Positions 41,421 through 53,081 of a DNA stretch of 64,000 nucleotides are shown here, in pieces. A program made the position numbers and the translations under genes. Source of the DNA: the human T2T-CHM13v2.0 reference genome, Homo sapiens. The first letter of the stretch is position 1, and each line of letters starts with the position of its first letter. The stretch lies in assembly GCF_009914755.1 (NCBI RefSeq), contig NC_060940.1; one strand, written 5' to 3'. The notes beneath the pieces are model-generated. The model had not been told where the DNA came from and did no database searches. It saw nothing but the letters and a program-made list of their open reading frames with translations.

Positions 41421-41614
41421 TCCCCTAGACCTTTTAAATTGTCATGGATTCACTTTCATACGCAATATCTGCATTCATTTAGTAAATATCTTATCTGCTC
41501 CAGATCCTATGTAGGGTGCTGGATATAAGGGCATTTACTAAGAGTCAGGCTCTGCCCTCAAAGATAGTCAGAGACAGGTGGGTGGAAGGTGGGGACAGCT
41601 TGGGTAGTCATTAG

Positions 41615-42000
41615 TGCAGTGTTCCAAGCCTTGCTGATTCTCACTTCTTCCAGGCACAGGGCAGGATTGCACTTCCTGGCCCTGTGATAGAATGGGGCCA
41701 TGTGACAATTGCTGGCCAATGCATTGTGAGTCTAAGAGCTCTGTATTTGTGTAAGTCCCAGGCAAGAGCACTGAACTGCCAGTTCTCTCTCTCTCTCTCT
41801 GCTTGGTTGCTGACCATATTTAAGGGGGTGGCTGCTCCCTGATCCTAACTTCTGAATGACCTTGATGTGTTAAGGAAGCCCCCTGGGTATCCAAGATGGC
41901 TATGGAATATGAGTCAGAAAGAAATCTTTGTTGTGTTAAACCATGAGAATTTGGGTCCTTTTGTTAATGTGCCATATCCTAGCCTGTCCTGACTGACAGA
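41615..42000 (+). mobile_element. MaLR LTR (MLT1H/I-like)
   Basis: gattgcacttcctggccc...ggggccatgtgac...ctttgttgtgttaaaccatgag...cctagcctgtcctgactga. Confidence 0.7.
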
Positions 42001-42139
42001 CAGTCCCACAGACAAATAGGTATAAAAGGCAGTACTGTGCATGCCCAGGGATGGACTTACACACCAGGTAGTATCAGCGTTCTTATTATGAGAGCATTTT
42101 ACTTAGCTGTGGGGGTCAAAGTGGCCTAAAGAATAAACT

Positions 42140-42550
42140 GGGCCAAGACTAGGGTGAGATGAATGAGGCACTTCCTTTGGGACCAAAATTTAAGTGAATA
42201 CAAAACAAACAAACAAACAAAAAGCCAGAGTAATACTTTCATGTTTCTGAAAATAAAAATTAATGTAAAAAATGGTGGAAAAAAATGGCAAAGTGTTAAG
42301 TAAAGACAGAATCTGATGCTACATTTGTGCCATCCCGCCTCACCTGCCAAATCCCAATCCCAGCCCTGCTTCCAGTAAAACTTTATTTTCAAAAATGGGC
42401 TGCCAGCCTGCAGGCTACAGCCTGCCAATGTGATTTTAAAAATATTACATGAAAATATTGTTTATTTGGATTACTTAGCTTTTTGGCACCCACTTAAGTT
42501 TTGCTCCCAGGGGGGTGCTTCACTGATCTCACCCAAGTCTTGGCCCCAAG
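42140..42550. mobile_element. hAT MITE pieces (MER96B-like, nested with MER58-like)
   Basis: ggccaagactagggtgagatgaatgaggcac...aaaatttaag and the mirror-type end ctcacccaagtcttggccc. Confidence 0.5.
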
Positions 42551-43368
42551 AATTAGACAGCTGAGCTGGGTCTAAAAGTAGGAGTTAACCTGGGGTGAGG
42601 GAGCGGGAGAAGGGAAGGGCATTCCAGCAAGAGGAAGCACCATGAGCAAAGGCATGGAGGGAAAGGACAGCCAGGGGCATGCATGGCAAACTGTACTTTA
42701 TTTGGTGCTTTTGGAAAGAGATCAAGCAAGATAGAGTTGCAAATATTCAGCCTTTATTGAGTGTTGTGAGTTTTCTCCTGTTCTGTGACATCAAGAGTAC
42801 TGCACAGGGTATATAATCATGGAGCACTCTCCTGGCAAGTCTGAATGAGCCAAAATCAACCGTAAGTTGTAAAATAGTGGCACCGTGGACTTGCTTTGAA
42901 GGGTAACAAGCATATGGGGGATAAATCCTTGTAGGGTGTCTCTCTCTTCTCCAAAGGCAAGTTCCAAGCCATACCAATAAATACATAACACCACATGTCA
43001 CAGGTGCTATGATAGACAGGAACCAGAAGTGATTACTGGGTTAGTCAAGTTACCTCATGGTTCAAATGGCTTCTGGAACACCAGCTATTGCAGTCACATT
43101 CCAGCCATCAGAAAGATAGGAGGAATGAACTCATTTCTTCGCTTTCAGGACAATTCTTAGAATTTGCACATACTGCCGTTATTTATATCCTACTGATAGA
43201 ACCCATGGCGACCAATAGTAATAGGACCACACCTAACTTCTGGGAAGGATAGGATATATAATCTGCCCCTTCCCTTCTCCAAGGTAACCTCTGCTCAGCT
43301 ATAAATTGGTTACTTTATTAATGAAAAGAAAGAGAACCAGCAGTCTTTCCTGTACAGTACAATTTCAC

Positions 43369-43374
43369 TTTATT
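43369..43374 (-). terminator. ZNF423: Candidate distal polyadenylation signal AATAAA (extended ~3.7 kb UTR)
   Basis: Plus-strand tttatt about 3.08 kb beyond the proximal signal. This fits my unverified recollection of an annotated ZNF423 3' end about 3 kb further out. Confidence 0.55.
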
Positions 43375-46300
43375 CATCGTTGTCATCATGATTGTTATAA
43401 TAAAATTAACAATGGAGTCAGACACCCCAGGCTGGAAGGTGAGGCACCCAAGTTATAGTCGCAAGTCTATCCTGAATGGTATGATCTTGGACAAGATTCT
43501 GAACTTCTCTGGGATTGTTTTAAGCCACCTAGAATTGAAACTCCATAGGAATACAGCTCTCTAAGGGTACTTCTGGCTCGTTTCCAGCTCACGGCTTCTG
43601 CATTTGCAGTGTTCTCTTCCCACTGCTCTTGGACTGCCCACCTCCCTTATTTCTTCAGGTCTCAAGCCCCTGCCTCAGCAAGGCCTTCCTTAATGCACCC
43701 CTGTGTCTCATACACGGGTCCCTCCATTAATCCCTGGCAGCTTCTGGCTTTGCCATCACGGCACTCATGACCAGGTGTGGCTATGCATTTACTGGCATGC
43801 TTGCCTGTGCCACTGTGGCCTCCATGAGGCCAGGGACCACATCTGCTGGTCATCTCCTTATCCCCAGTGCCCTGTGCAGTGCCTGGCACCTGGGGGCAGC
43901 TCAGTAAATACTTGCTGAATGGATGAGTAGAGGAAGGGATGGATTTGAGTTTTGGTCCTATTTACTGAATATTTATAGGTACAGGTTCCATCCCTAGGAA
44001 CACACACCTTAGGAGGGAAGAAAAACAGGTGAAAAGTTCAATATTACACAACTGTGAATTTAAAAGGAGCGTTCTTTAAGGCTGGGGAACTCGAGAAGAT
44101 TTCTCCCATGACAGTTTCTCCACTGAGACTGAAACCCTTACCTGCCTGCTTCTGGGCACTCTGGGCAGGTGTTCCATGACAGGGGCCTGTGGCCCAAGGG
44201 TCCTGGTCCATTTCCCAGCCTGGGCAAAATTCCTCTGCCCAGAGAGCCGCTAGAAACTGACAATTTGTACATCTAAATACAGCAGCAATGAACCTTAGGC
44301 TTTCGGTCACCTCGCCCACTCCCCAAAGCCAAATCCAAATGAGAGGCTGATTCCATCGCGCCCTCCTGGCTGAAAAGGTGCCCTCCTGCAGGATGCCTGG
44401 CACCATCATTGATGACCATGCTGCTTACAGGTCTCTGTGTGCAGCCCTTTGTCAGGCATCACTTCATACAAGCCTCCCAGAGACCCTCTAAGGCCCCTCA
44501 CAGTTGAAAGGCAAGTGTCTCATCCCAGCTCCAGACCTTTCCTCTGGAAGGGGTTAGTGAGTTCTCCGAGGCACAGGTTTATAACCCTACACTGCTCCCC
44601 AACCCTAATACCACCTGATGGTAAAGAATGCCAGTCCCAGGAAGGGCCTCAGGGTCCCCACTGCCAGCCCCCTCCCCACACAAAGTCACGAGGGGCTCTC
44701 AGCCGTAGCAGCAGGGACAGAGCCAGCCGGAGAACAATGCGGCCGGGGTGAGGGGGGAGTCGGTGGGGTTCCCTGGCTGCCTTGTCACCGCCATAAACCT
44801 CATTACCTCACGGTCCCCTAGGCCGCCTCTCTCCTTACCCAAGGCATCAGCCGGCTTCGCTGCTGATTCCCACATGGCGTGAGAAGCTCTTAAACCCCCC
44901 GCTGTATTTTTAATGGGGGCAGTGACTAATTTAGCCCTACGCCACCAACCGTCAAATCGAATCTTCTATTGGTAGTTACTGAGGGCTCACCTGGGCTCCA
45001 TGGGGTTTGGGATAAATCCAGAGCTGGAGAGGGCCCTGAGACGGAGATGTGGCAGGCCCCGGGACATACTGGTCCCATCGACAGTCCCAGCACTGCCCAA
45101 AAGGTAGGCCTGGCTGTGGATGTGTGGCAGCCTCACTCAGACATAGCCCCAGCCCCAGGCCCCAAGCCCCAGTCCACGGGTGGGCACACTTAGAGGAACA
45201 CTGGTGTCTACCCTGGGGTCTTCCCCCAAAACTGCCAGGTCTCCAGGAGGCTGAAAATTGGCATTCACAGCCTTCAGTTTCCAGGAGGCAACAGCCCACT
45301 ACTGGCAGGGTCTGCTCTATGATTCACATATGTAAGATGCCTTTTGAAAAACTGAAAGCCCCACCCGCGTGAGAACATTACATGAGGTGACAGAAAGAAA
45401 GGGGAACTCTTATAGGTCACCAGAAGCCCCTTGATATGGGAGTCTTCTAGAAGATGATGGGTATAATTGCTCCAAATTCCACACCCGTGACTTAGTATTA
45501 CATTATAATTAGGTGCAATCTGTCTGCCTGTTTCATTTCCGCTCTGCAGAGGGTAATAACCAATTTCCTTGCCCCTTGTGAAAAGTTAGCAAGGAAGGGT
45601 TTCCCCGTGCAAGTTCTGGCCTCTGATTGGCAAGTCAGCTGAGCACCAGCGTGATGGAGGTGTGGGAGGTAACATGGAGGAGGCCTGGAGACCAAGGCTG
45701 CTGGGTGGGCCCTGGGAGGCCAGCAGGGCCAGGAGTAGGTGAAATAAGCAAGGTGCCTAGAGTGTAAAATGCAAGAGGACACCCATTCCCAGCACTTGCA
45801 GGTGTAGGGGGGCCCTGAGAGCGAGTGCCCCCTGAAATAATGTACCCCAGGCCCCTGCCTGCCTCACTCCAGACCTGGCCCCCGCCACCAGTCTCAATGC
45901 TCTCACATCCTACTGATCTCTATGACTGGGAACCTGCGGCTCCTACCTGGCTCTGCTCTGCAGTCCCCAGTCACACATCTCCGTGCCTCAGAACCCAAGT
46001 GCCACCTGGAGTCCTGGCAAGGGAAGGGCTACCCACTTGCCTGCCTGTATCCAACAAAGGGGAAAGCCAACCCTGAAGGGAAAGCCAAGAAGACTTCACA
46101 ATCAGCATGGTGACCAACCTGCTGCGTGGCCTTGGGAAAGCTGCACGTTACCCTTGGGCCTCTGTTTCCCCATCCAAGAGTGGGAAGATCAGGGTATTCC
46201 ATCATTAAGGGGTCTTCTGCTTTGACTCCTGTGGCCACTGCCAGCCTGTCCAGTCTGCATGCATTAGGTTACTACGATTCTTTTCCAAGGGGAGCAGGGT

Positions 46301-46424
46301 CTATTGTGTGCAGGTCCCCAAGGGCGTGTGCAAGCCCACAGGAACTTGTAGGGGAACACACCTTACAGGAGCTGACAGCCCCCCACGCGGCCCTAGGCTG
46401 GGGAGGAGAGAACCAGGCAGCCGG

Positions 46425-47096
46425 ATGCTAATCGCATGGATTCCCTTTATTGAACTGTACTAGTTACTGCAGTCAGATTAAGTCACATTTAAAAGCAGAC
46501 CATCCAGTTGCACTGAAACCGATTATATTCATTACATAGTTTTAATCACTGTCCGGTGAACTGGCAAATCCAATCAAAGCATTAGTCTTTAATTAAAAAA
46601 TTAAAAGGAAATATTCAGACAATAGCCAAGCAATCACATCACGATGCACAATTACCTAGAATTGCAATTAAAAAGTAGTTAACCGAAGGGGGTGGGGGGT
46701 GGGGGGGAAGAAAAACAAGAAAGAAAAAAAAGAAGCAAAGAAAAAAAATCACACTAATTCTTTTTTAAAAACTATCAATATAATACATGAAGGAACAAAG
46801 GACAATAGCCTTAAAAAGCAGGTTTCTCTAACTCTAGAAATGTAGTCTGCGGCGGAAAGTCTAAAAGCACACTAGCTGTAGCAGGACAATAAAAAATACT
46901 GAGCATGGAATACTTTTAATCTCTGCCATTAATATTCATTTCCAGCTGCTTATAATAGCAGCGCCTCATGGCCAAATCATTAGAGTTTTACATCTGGGTT
47001 GCAAATGACACTTTGATTGGATGTAATGTTCAAATGGCCCTCCCCACGGCGTCTCCGGCAAGCCTTCTGCGGAGAGGTGTCCTGTTGAGCGATCCC
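46425..47096 (-). other. ZNF423: ZNF423 proximal 3' UTR
   Basis: Repeat-free, largely AU-rich sequence from the stop codon to just past AATAAA (46451-46446). The cleavage site is estimated about 20 nt downstream of the signal. Confidence 0.9.
46446..46451 (-). terminator. ZNF423: Proximal polyadenylation signal AATAAA
   Basis: Plus-strand tttatt at the point where the AU-rich UTR gives way to GC-rich flank. Confidence 0.85.
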
Positions 47097-47126
47097 TCAC
47101 TGTGCGTGCTGGCTCATCGTGTGGTT
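47097..47126 (-). CDS. ZNF423: ZNF423 terminal coding exon segment (NHTMSQHAQ*), C-terminal part of the last C2H2 zinc finger
   Basis: The minus strand reads ...tgtgtctcctttcttcgcctttgcag|AAC CAC ACG ATG AGC CAG CAC GCA CAG TGA, with a polypyrimidine tract and AG at 47128-47127. The peptide matches the ZNF423 C-terminus I recognise (...FFQTELQ/NHTMSQHAQ). It is too short to appear in the ORF track. Confidence 0.95.
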   Translation of the reverse strand, partial: NHTMSQHAQ

Positions 47127-47559
47127 CTGCAAAGGCGAAGAAAGGAGACACACATGAAGGAGAAGAATGGAGAGCATGCTCGTCCCTCCCACTCAGTGCA
47201 TTTACGCCGGGAGCCGCAGAAAAGCGTCTCGATTATAACAAAACAAAATGCAACAAGGAAAAAGTGCTCCAGGGACGCAGCTGCCAAGACGCCACGTTGA
47301 TTTGGGGCTTGGGGATAGGTTCCTGTTACTGCCAACTTGGACTCCCTATATGTTGTTTTTTGGCTTTTTTTTTTTTTTTTTTTTTTAAAGACCATTCAGG
47401 TCTTACCGGGGGGACTGGCTAGGTGGAGGGAAAGGGGAAATGCCGGGGAGGAGGCAGGAATTAAAAACATCCCTGTTCACCTCTCCATCTCCCTTTTCCT
47501 CTAATGAAGAGGAGGAAACTCTGATCGCCTGCAGGCTGCCCTCGCATCCCCCTCTCAGT

Positions 47560-48860
47560 CTTCCCCGTGGCTGCTCCGAGCCTAGCAGAGGGAGACAGCA
47601 GATGTGCTGTGCAGCTCTCCGGCCAAGAAACACCCGAGCGGGCACAGGCGTGCTGAGGCAGTGGGCGGCCGTGGTGCCTGCGGCCCAGGCAGGGGACAGG
47701 TCACCCGGCAGGAAGACGCGGGAGGAGCCTCTGCTGCTGGGCTCCGGGAGCCTGCCTGCTTGGTCACATGGCAATGGCCCAACCAGAGACAGGGACTCAG
47801 TGCAGTTTGGCCGAATGCACCTAGGAATCCAGGGCCCAGGTGGGACCCTGTGGCCAAATGTTTCCCTCTCATTACAGTCAATGGCATTTCCTCCCCCTGC
47901 CAGCCAGAGGGGGCCAGCAGGGTTGATCTGTTTCACAGGAGCCAGCGGCCTGGGACTGGGGGTGGGATTTGGCATCTGAAAGCCGTCTTTTTGTTTCTTT
48001 TCAGTGGTTCGTGTTCCAAATTCAGACCCATTTCATCAAAGCCTCAGGTGGTGCTCCACCTCATGACACCTGGAGAAAGGAGGCAACATCCACCAGGTGT
48101 AGGGTGGCCCTGTTTGGGGCCGCACAGGACCCTAGATCCCCGGGAGAGGCTCCTTCTGGGCGCCCCCCAGGGCCCGGCGACTCCTGCAGCTGTGCCGCTG
48201 ACCGCCAGGGGTCAGCAGAGGCACCGCGTCTCTCCTGGGCTCGGGTCCGCGGCGAGGGCGACCAGGTGATGCCAGTAGCCTCGCCCGGAGGCCGAGGCCG
48301 GGGCCGGGGCCGGGGCCGGGGCCGAGACGGGCCACTCCTGCTCCCTGGAGCAGGGCCCCGCGCAGTCCCTTCCCGTGACGGGCACTGCGAAGGCTGCGGC
48401 CCCCGTGGTAATGTCACCGACCCTTCCTGCGAGCTCCCGGCCGGGAAGAGGCAGCCCGCGCCTGCCTCCCAGCAGATGCCCACAGCGCCAAGCGACAGCC
48501 TCGTGCTCATGCGGGCGGAGCAGGCGCACGGCCGGGGCTTGGTGGGCATGCGTGCTCTGTGCCGTGGCAGGCACCGCTCTTTCAATCCTCACAACAGCCT
48601 TGCGAGGTGGGACTTCTTAAGATGAAGACACCGAGGCCTAGGAAGGCAAAAATTACAGGCCCAAGGTCACCCAGGTTGGAAGCACCGGGCACTGAACCAG
48701 ATGGCTGGAATCCACTAGAGCAAGGGGATTTTCAGGGGAGCCAGGCTTCCCAGGGCCTGCACCCCATGGGCACCGCAGTCTGCAAATCACCCGCATTCTG
48801 CACCAGACACAGTGCCACCTCTGCCGGCCGGGCCTGACACCTCGGTCGGGGGCGTCAGGG
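47560..48860. promoter_or_regulatory. Intragenic CpG island in ZNF423 last intron
   Basis: High CpG density, strongest at 48110-48580, in non-repeat sequence. Confidence 0.75.
48288..48323 (+). repeat. (GAGGCC)2(GGGGCC)4 hexanucleotide repeat
   Basis: Read directly: gaggcc gaggcc ggggcc ggggcc ggggcc ggggcc. Confidence 0.95.
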
Positions 48861-48910
48861 ACCCAGAGGCACCAGGCAGGTTGTCTGAGGCCACAGATGG
48901 GATGCAGGCG

Positions 48911-48924
48911 GTTTCCATGGGAAC
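48911..48924. promoter_or_regulatory. RFX X-box motif
   Basis: GTTTCCATGGGAAC matches the X-box consensus GTTNCCATGGNAAC. Confidence 0.55.
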
Positions 48925-51900
48925 CCGCACCCTCCAGCCGTGGCACCTCTCCCTGTACTTGTGCAGGGACAGCCAGCTAGTCCTGTGGGGAGCCGAATCC
49001 ACACTCTACACAGCCATCCTCCTGCTACCTTCAAGCCTCTGCTGACTCAGTTCCCGCCTCCCTTCTCCTCCCTCCCAACCAAGCTGCTCTTTGAGTCCTC
49101 TAGGCACATGGATCACTTCCCATCCCTGCAGACCTCTCCAGGCACCTGCAGCCCACCTCCCACACAGCCACGCACCTCTCATGAGCTAGACTGACCTCCT
49201 TTGCTGAGCTGCACACAGGGTGGCGGCACCTCCTTTCTCAGGACCCAGGGCTGGGCATGCACTGTCCTGACCATACGCCTGGGCCTCCAATCCCCAGCAG
49301 GCACAGCTGCCCAGGAGCAACTTGGAGGTCTGCACTTTCACACCCTGCCAACCGCCAGTCAAAAACCCCTGCTATCTTGGTGTGGGTGGGTCATTCTTTA
49401 TTAGGGGGAGGACAGGGAGGAGGAAGAGAGGGGACATGAGGAAGGGAGACATGGACAGCTCTTTCTTGTCCTCAAATTATGGTTCCTAGGGCCTGGCACA
49501 AAGTAGACACTCAGGCAGTATTTGTGAATGAGTCAATGGAAAGAAAACGAATGAATGTATGGATAGGATGTGGATATGTGGAAAGGGGAGAGGGCATTCC
49601 AAGAGGAAAGAATAGCAGAGACGGAGGTGTGGAGCCTAGAATCCAAGTGGCGATGCAGGCACAGGTCCCAGCACAGAAGTCACAGGAAGGCTGGTGGGCA
49701 CATGGCCTACGGACAGTGGAGGCCTTGAGTACCAACAAACATGGACTTTGTTCCACAGGCCACAGAAAACCAGACATGATATTCGATCTCCACAAAATCC
49801 CCAAGGACCACCCACTACCAACATGGGCACAGGGGGTGTCTGGGATCTCTGGAGAATGAAGCAGCCTGTTGCCAGGATGCCAAGAACAGGCTCAGTGTGA
49901 CACACATGGCCCACACTGGCTCACCAGGGCACTGCTGGTGCAGACATGATGAAGGCTGGAACCCACACCTGGGACCACTGGTGAGGAAAACTCCAGAATG
50001 CCTATGCCATTCCCCAGGAAAAGCCACAGTGTGCCTGCCCACTTAAATAGCAGTAGCAGGGGGCTCTGAGGTTACACTCAAGAAAGAACTTCCTCCTAGA
50101 GGGTTCTGAGGCAGAAGGATAAAACTTCCTTCCCTGAAGTTTTGTGACAGGAACAAAAGCCCAGGATGTCACAGCAGATGGAAATGTCAAAACTTGATGC
50201 CCCAAGGGGACCAGGCACCAGAATTCACTCAGCACTACATTATTAAGCACCTGCTGGATGCTCTGCTCTGCACTGGCACAGTGAGGGGGAGGGGAAGACA
50301 CCAGCTGGGCCTACCCCTCGAGGGGCCTGATTTAGAGGGGCTAGACACAGACACCCAAACATTTGTGGGATTAATGGTGCAGCTGGCAGCTCAGCTAGGG
50401 AAACTGGTCAAGGTCACCCGATCAGTTTGTGTGATGGTGGTGGGGAGCCCAGAGGTGCCCAGGTGCTCAGCCAAGGAGGGCACTGGCTCCTCCATAGGCC
50501 AAGGGCAGTATCTCAACAGGCAGAGGAGGTGGTGGGACCCCTGTGCCCAAGACTTACCAGTCGCCCAACACCAGGACACAGAGCAGCTCTGGACAGCTAC
50601 TGCAATCAGCACAGTTCAATAACCGTGAAAGAACCCGTGGTCCGTCCCCCACAGCTAGAAGCTGTGGTTTGAGGAACGTGGGGAGGTTCAGCAAACCTTC
50701 TTAAAGAGTTCTTTCCATCCAGCATAGTTCTCACAAGGGCATTCAGCCTTAATGTCTCTTTCTCTGTTTATGCCCCTTTAGAGAAGGAAGAAAATCGTTT
50801 TTTAAAGATGCTACCCACCCCACAGATGAACACTTCCCACCACCATAAAGGCTGGGGGTGGAGACAGGGGCCCAGGGAAGGACTGGAAAATGCCTAGAGG
50901 GAGGCCTGGCATCCACTCAGCCTCGCTGCCTGCCAGGGAGACACAGGTGTGGGCCAGAGAAGCAGGTGAGGAAAATAAAACGGGAGAGCAGGAGGGGGTG
51001 GGCAGCAATGGTTTGCAGCCTCAATCCATCCACTCAGCAGAGCTCGTGTGCTCTCCTGGATGGAGGTTTCTGGTACAGCCTGTTTTGGGAGCCTCTGCCT
51101 GGCACACGGGGCCAGGGACACAAGACAGTGATAGCCAAGGGGATGGCATGGGCCCGGGCACAGAAACCTGTGTGCTGCCTATGCTGGGGGCAGGCCTACC
51201 CTGGGTCCTGGTGAGACCCACAAAAAGAGCCCTCTCTGTGCAAATCGTCAGCAGAGCACTCAGGAACTGGTTCCCTGACACACCCTCAGCCTCTGGAAGG
51301 AAAGAAGCCCAGCATTCATTTCATGGTTGCTCATTCATTCATTCGTCTTTGAGCCAATGAGCCACTATGCTTGTTGCTGGGAATTCAGCAGCAAAATGAT
51401 CCTGATCCTGAACCCAATCCAGGGTAATGTTTTGTGCATGGAAGGAGCGGGCCGGAGTACAGAGCCTGGTGGCTACACTGTCCTTCCCAAAGCACCGCCA
51501 CACACTAGAGGGAATGGGCTCCTTGGAGGTTCAGCTGGGGTCTGATGCTGGTTTTGCGCGCCCCAGGAGGGGGCCCTGGCTCAGCCCACCTCCATGCCCA
51601 ACACAGTCACAAACAGGAACACTGTGTGCCTCTCCCTAGTGTGAAGCCCAGGATTGCTTCTCAAGATCTTGGCTCCATTCTCTGTTGCTTAGGCGTGGGA
51701 CCCTGCCTGGTCTCCCTTTGATACCTATCCATCACCATGTCAAGTGGGAGAGACGTGAGGGGCTTAAGCATGCCAGCAGCATAAAGCAAAAGAGCTTCTC
51801 CACACACCCTGCTAGCTGCCTCTCCTGGCTCTCAGCTACTCTGAGGACAGTGTCTGTAAAGTCCTAGCACCTTGCCTTGTCCTTGGCAAGTGCTCCATTG

Positions 51901-52077
51901 GTGCTAGCCACTGCCCTGGTGACCTCAAGGTGGGCAGGAAGCTTTCGTGGGCCGAGATGGGCTACGCCTTGGGTTTGAATCTTGGCTCTGCCACTTACTG
52001 GCCATGTGGCCTTGGGCAAGTTCTGTGACCTCCGGGTTTTGGGGGTGGTTAATAACACAGCCCTCTTCCTAAGATGC

Positions 52078-52468
52078 TGATAGGGTTTGGATGTTTGTCC
52101 CCTCCAAATCTCATGTTGAAATGGGATCCCCAGTGTTGGAGGTGGGGCCTAGTGGGAGGTGTTTAGGTCACGGGAGAGGATCCCTCACGGACAGCTTGGT
52201 GTCCTCTGGGCAGTAATGACTTACCATGAGATCTGCTTGTTAAAAAATGTCTGGTGCCTCCTTGCAATCTCTCTCTCTCCCCATGTGACGGACTAGCTCC
52301 CCTTGCCTTCCATCATCATTGGAAGCTTCCTGAGGCCTCACCAGAAACAGATGGTGGCGCCTTGCTTCCTGTACAGCCTATAGAACTGTGAGCCAAATAA
52401 AACTGTTTTCTTCATAAATTACCCAGCCTCAAGTATTTCTTTATAGCAACACAAAACAGACTAATACA
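52078..52468 (+). mobile_element. MST (MSTB-like) solo LTR inserted in a MIR
   Basis: TG...CA termini with a 5-bp TSD GATGC at 52073-52077 and 52469-52473. Confidence 0.9.
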
Positions 52469-52989
52469 GATGCCCTGAGGACTCAGGAGATAATGCCTGC
52501 ATACGTCCCAGTCTGGCTACGGCAAATGCTCCACAGATCTCCATAGTGGTGTCTGTGCTGGTCTTCCTGACCCAGCAGGGTGCTCTGTGGCATGAGGACT
52601 GTCTTCTGGTCTTCCTGACCTGGCAGGGTGCTCCACGGCAGAGGGACTGTTTGCTCCCTGCCACTTCTGTGGGACCAGGCACGATTGGGGCTTACAGTGA
52701 GGGCCTCATAGAGGTTTAATGGACTGACCAGCTGTACCCCTCCCCCTTCCCCTCTGGGTGTCCAAAGGGCTGGCAAGGTCTTAAGAACAATCCCGAGATG
52801 GCTGAACTTTGGATGGTCCTGCCCTTGGAACAACAGGTGTCATTATCCCCTCCCCATAATCCCCCCTGGCTAGAACCCCTGTACCCACAAATCACTGCTT
52901 TCTCCTCCCCACCCTCAGGAACAGAATGCCATGTCTGCAGGGGAGGACAGCCTCAGGGAGACTCCACGGGGGATGGAATAGGTGTGCAC

Positions 52990-53081
52990 TCATCCACCCA
53001 TCCACTCACCCATCCATCCATCCGCCCATCTATTCATCTATCCATCCATCCATCCATCCATCCATCCATCCATCCATCCAT
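52990..53081 (+). repeat. (CCAT)n tetranucleotide repeat
   Basis: Read directly. Confidence 0.95.

Noticed and set aside
47403-48625. Overlapping 170-220 aa ORFs
   Set aside because: Expected in a stop-poor CpG island. They show no recognisable domain and do not match ZNF423.
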